DNA of 49,415 nucleotides from Candidatus Aphodocola excrementigallinarum (GTDB lineage Bacteria; Bacillota_I; Bacilli_A; RF39; UBA660): NCBI GenBank assembly GCA_018714855.1, contig DVMT01000027.1, positions 1 to 49,415 of the forward strand, read 5' to 3'. Shown piece by piece: positions 48,466 to 49,415 of this stretch (position 1 is its first letter; each line of letters starts with the position of its first letter). The notes under the pieces were generated by a model. It saw only the letters and a program-made list of their open reading frames with translations, ran no database searches and was not told where the DNA came from. The position numbers and the translations under genes were made by a program.

Positions 48466-49257
48466 TTATTCTAAAATAACATCCTCTTCATAATTAGATA
48501 AGTAATTATCAATTAATAATAATTTACCATCTTCTATTTTAAATATTGAAACTTCTGGAACATTAATATCTTCTGCTTTTTGATCTATCTTCTCTCTTGT
48601 ATAATATAATTTATCACCCTTTATTTCATATGTACCACTTGATGTTTCTAGTTCTTTTTTAAATACAGACTTCCAAGATTCTTTATTTGGAGTCAAATAA
48701 TAAGCATGTAATGATGCTGAAAAAGTTTTATCATCCAAATCAACGTCATCTAAAAAACCAACCACTAACCTAGGAGTAAATTCCTCGTCTTCTGATAGTT
48801 TAAAGCCTTCACCATTTAAAGTATGGTATCTTTTTAACCCATTTATCTTTTTAGCATACTCATTCATTTTTAAATTAAAACAATAATCACCTTTTCTTAC
48901 CTCATAAGAAATAGTATTATATAAAACGTTGTTTTTTACATTGTAATTTATAATAGTAAAATCATTTTTATCATCATAATAATAAGTTGTATTATTACAT
49001 TTTAATTTATCTAAAGTATTTAAATAATTTCTTATTTCTTTTTTTAATATATTATTACCTCTTAAATTCTTATAAGAATAACTATTATCATTTTCCTTTT
49101 TCATAAATGATAATTTAGGAACACCAAGTTCTACTTTAAAATCTTTTTTACCCGTTAAGTCTTTTTTATCATATCCTAAAGGAATAACTTTGAATACTGC
49201 AAATAAACCTATAAGTATTAAAATTATAACAAATAAAATAACTAATTTCTTTTTCAT
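48466..49257 (-). CDS. Membrane-anchored/secreted hypothetical protein
   Basis: MKKK + hydrophobic helix; start set to ATG 49257 after GGAG. Confidence 0.75.
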   Translation of the reverse strand: MKKKLVILFVIILILIGLFAVFKVIPLGYDKKDLTGKKDFKVELGVPKLSFMKKENDNSYSYKNLRGNNILKKEIRNYLNTLDKLKCNNTTYYYDDKNDFTIINYNVKNNVLYNTISYEVRKGDYCFNLKMNEYAKKINGLKRYHTLNGEGFKLSEDEEFTPRLVVGFLDDVDLDDKTFSASLHAYYLTPNKESWKSVFKKELETSSGTYEIKGDKLYYTREKIDQKAEDINVPEVSIFKIEDGKLLLIDNYLSNYEEDVILE

Positions 49258-49273
49258 AATAATCTCCACTAAT

Positions 49274-49415
49274 TTATTTTACAAAATGATCAATTATCCA
49301 TCTTATGTCTTCTATGGATTTATCCATGTTAAATATACCATTACCAACCGGATAATAAACGGGAAATATCTTATACATATTACCTTTTATTTTCTTTTCA
49401 TAATATGTTTTTCTA
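49274..49415 (-). CDS. 3' end of a gene entering from the right edge, possibly uracil-DNA glycosylase-like
   Basis: Open frame RKTYYEKKIKGNMYKIFPVYYPVGNGIFNMDKSIEDIRWIIDHFVK*; P.YYP resembles the C-terminal HP motif region of UDG-like proteins (weak). Confidence 0.4.
   Translation of the reverse strand, partial: RKTYYEKKIKGNMYKIFPVYYPVGNGIFNMDKSIEDIRWIIDHFVK

Noticed and set aside
1-49415. CRISPR array, integron integrase or prophage
   Set aside because: No regularly spaced repeat-spacer array, tyrosine/serine recombinase or phage structural gene seen.
1-49415. Mollicute-type recoding (TGA=Trp) suggested by low GC
   Set aside because: Long conserved genes are open under the standard code and TGA ends genes such as yidD (12637).

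Overview
Very AT-rich chromosomal segment from a reduced-genome Bacillota (Bacilli-like; cell-wall and spore-coat genes present, standard genetic code). Housekeeping content: mraZ-rsmH-ftsL-PBP, yidD, trmL, pflB/pflA, murF, proS, cotJB/cotJC and tRNA-Gly(TCC). Accessory content: (i) a hybrid kinase/Hpt/REC-HD-GYP phosphorelay with degenerate catalytic motifs; (ii) a 5'-truncated BspA/DUF285 repeat gene next to an Rpn nuclease; (iii) a compact type VII secretion locus (yukD-like, three paralogous WXG100 pairs, one putative effector with an unrecognised tandem C-terminal domain, essC; no essA/essB/esaA in the window), in which two modules start with a duplicated double-hairpin leader and a solo HerA ATPase lies upstream; (iv) a minus-strand island after tRNA-Gly rich in nucleotide/DNA-acting enzymes (deaminase fused to an NDT/DNPH1-like domain, HhH-like protein, 5-hmdU DNA kinase helical-domain-like protein, two HD proteins, GNAT, YhcG). 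Recurrent oddities: adjacent genes sharing near-identical leader/RBS blocks, antisense tRNA fragments flanking the tRNA, several apparent pseudoenzymes and internally deleted gene remnants. All family assignments are from motif recognition by eye; no database searches were run.
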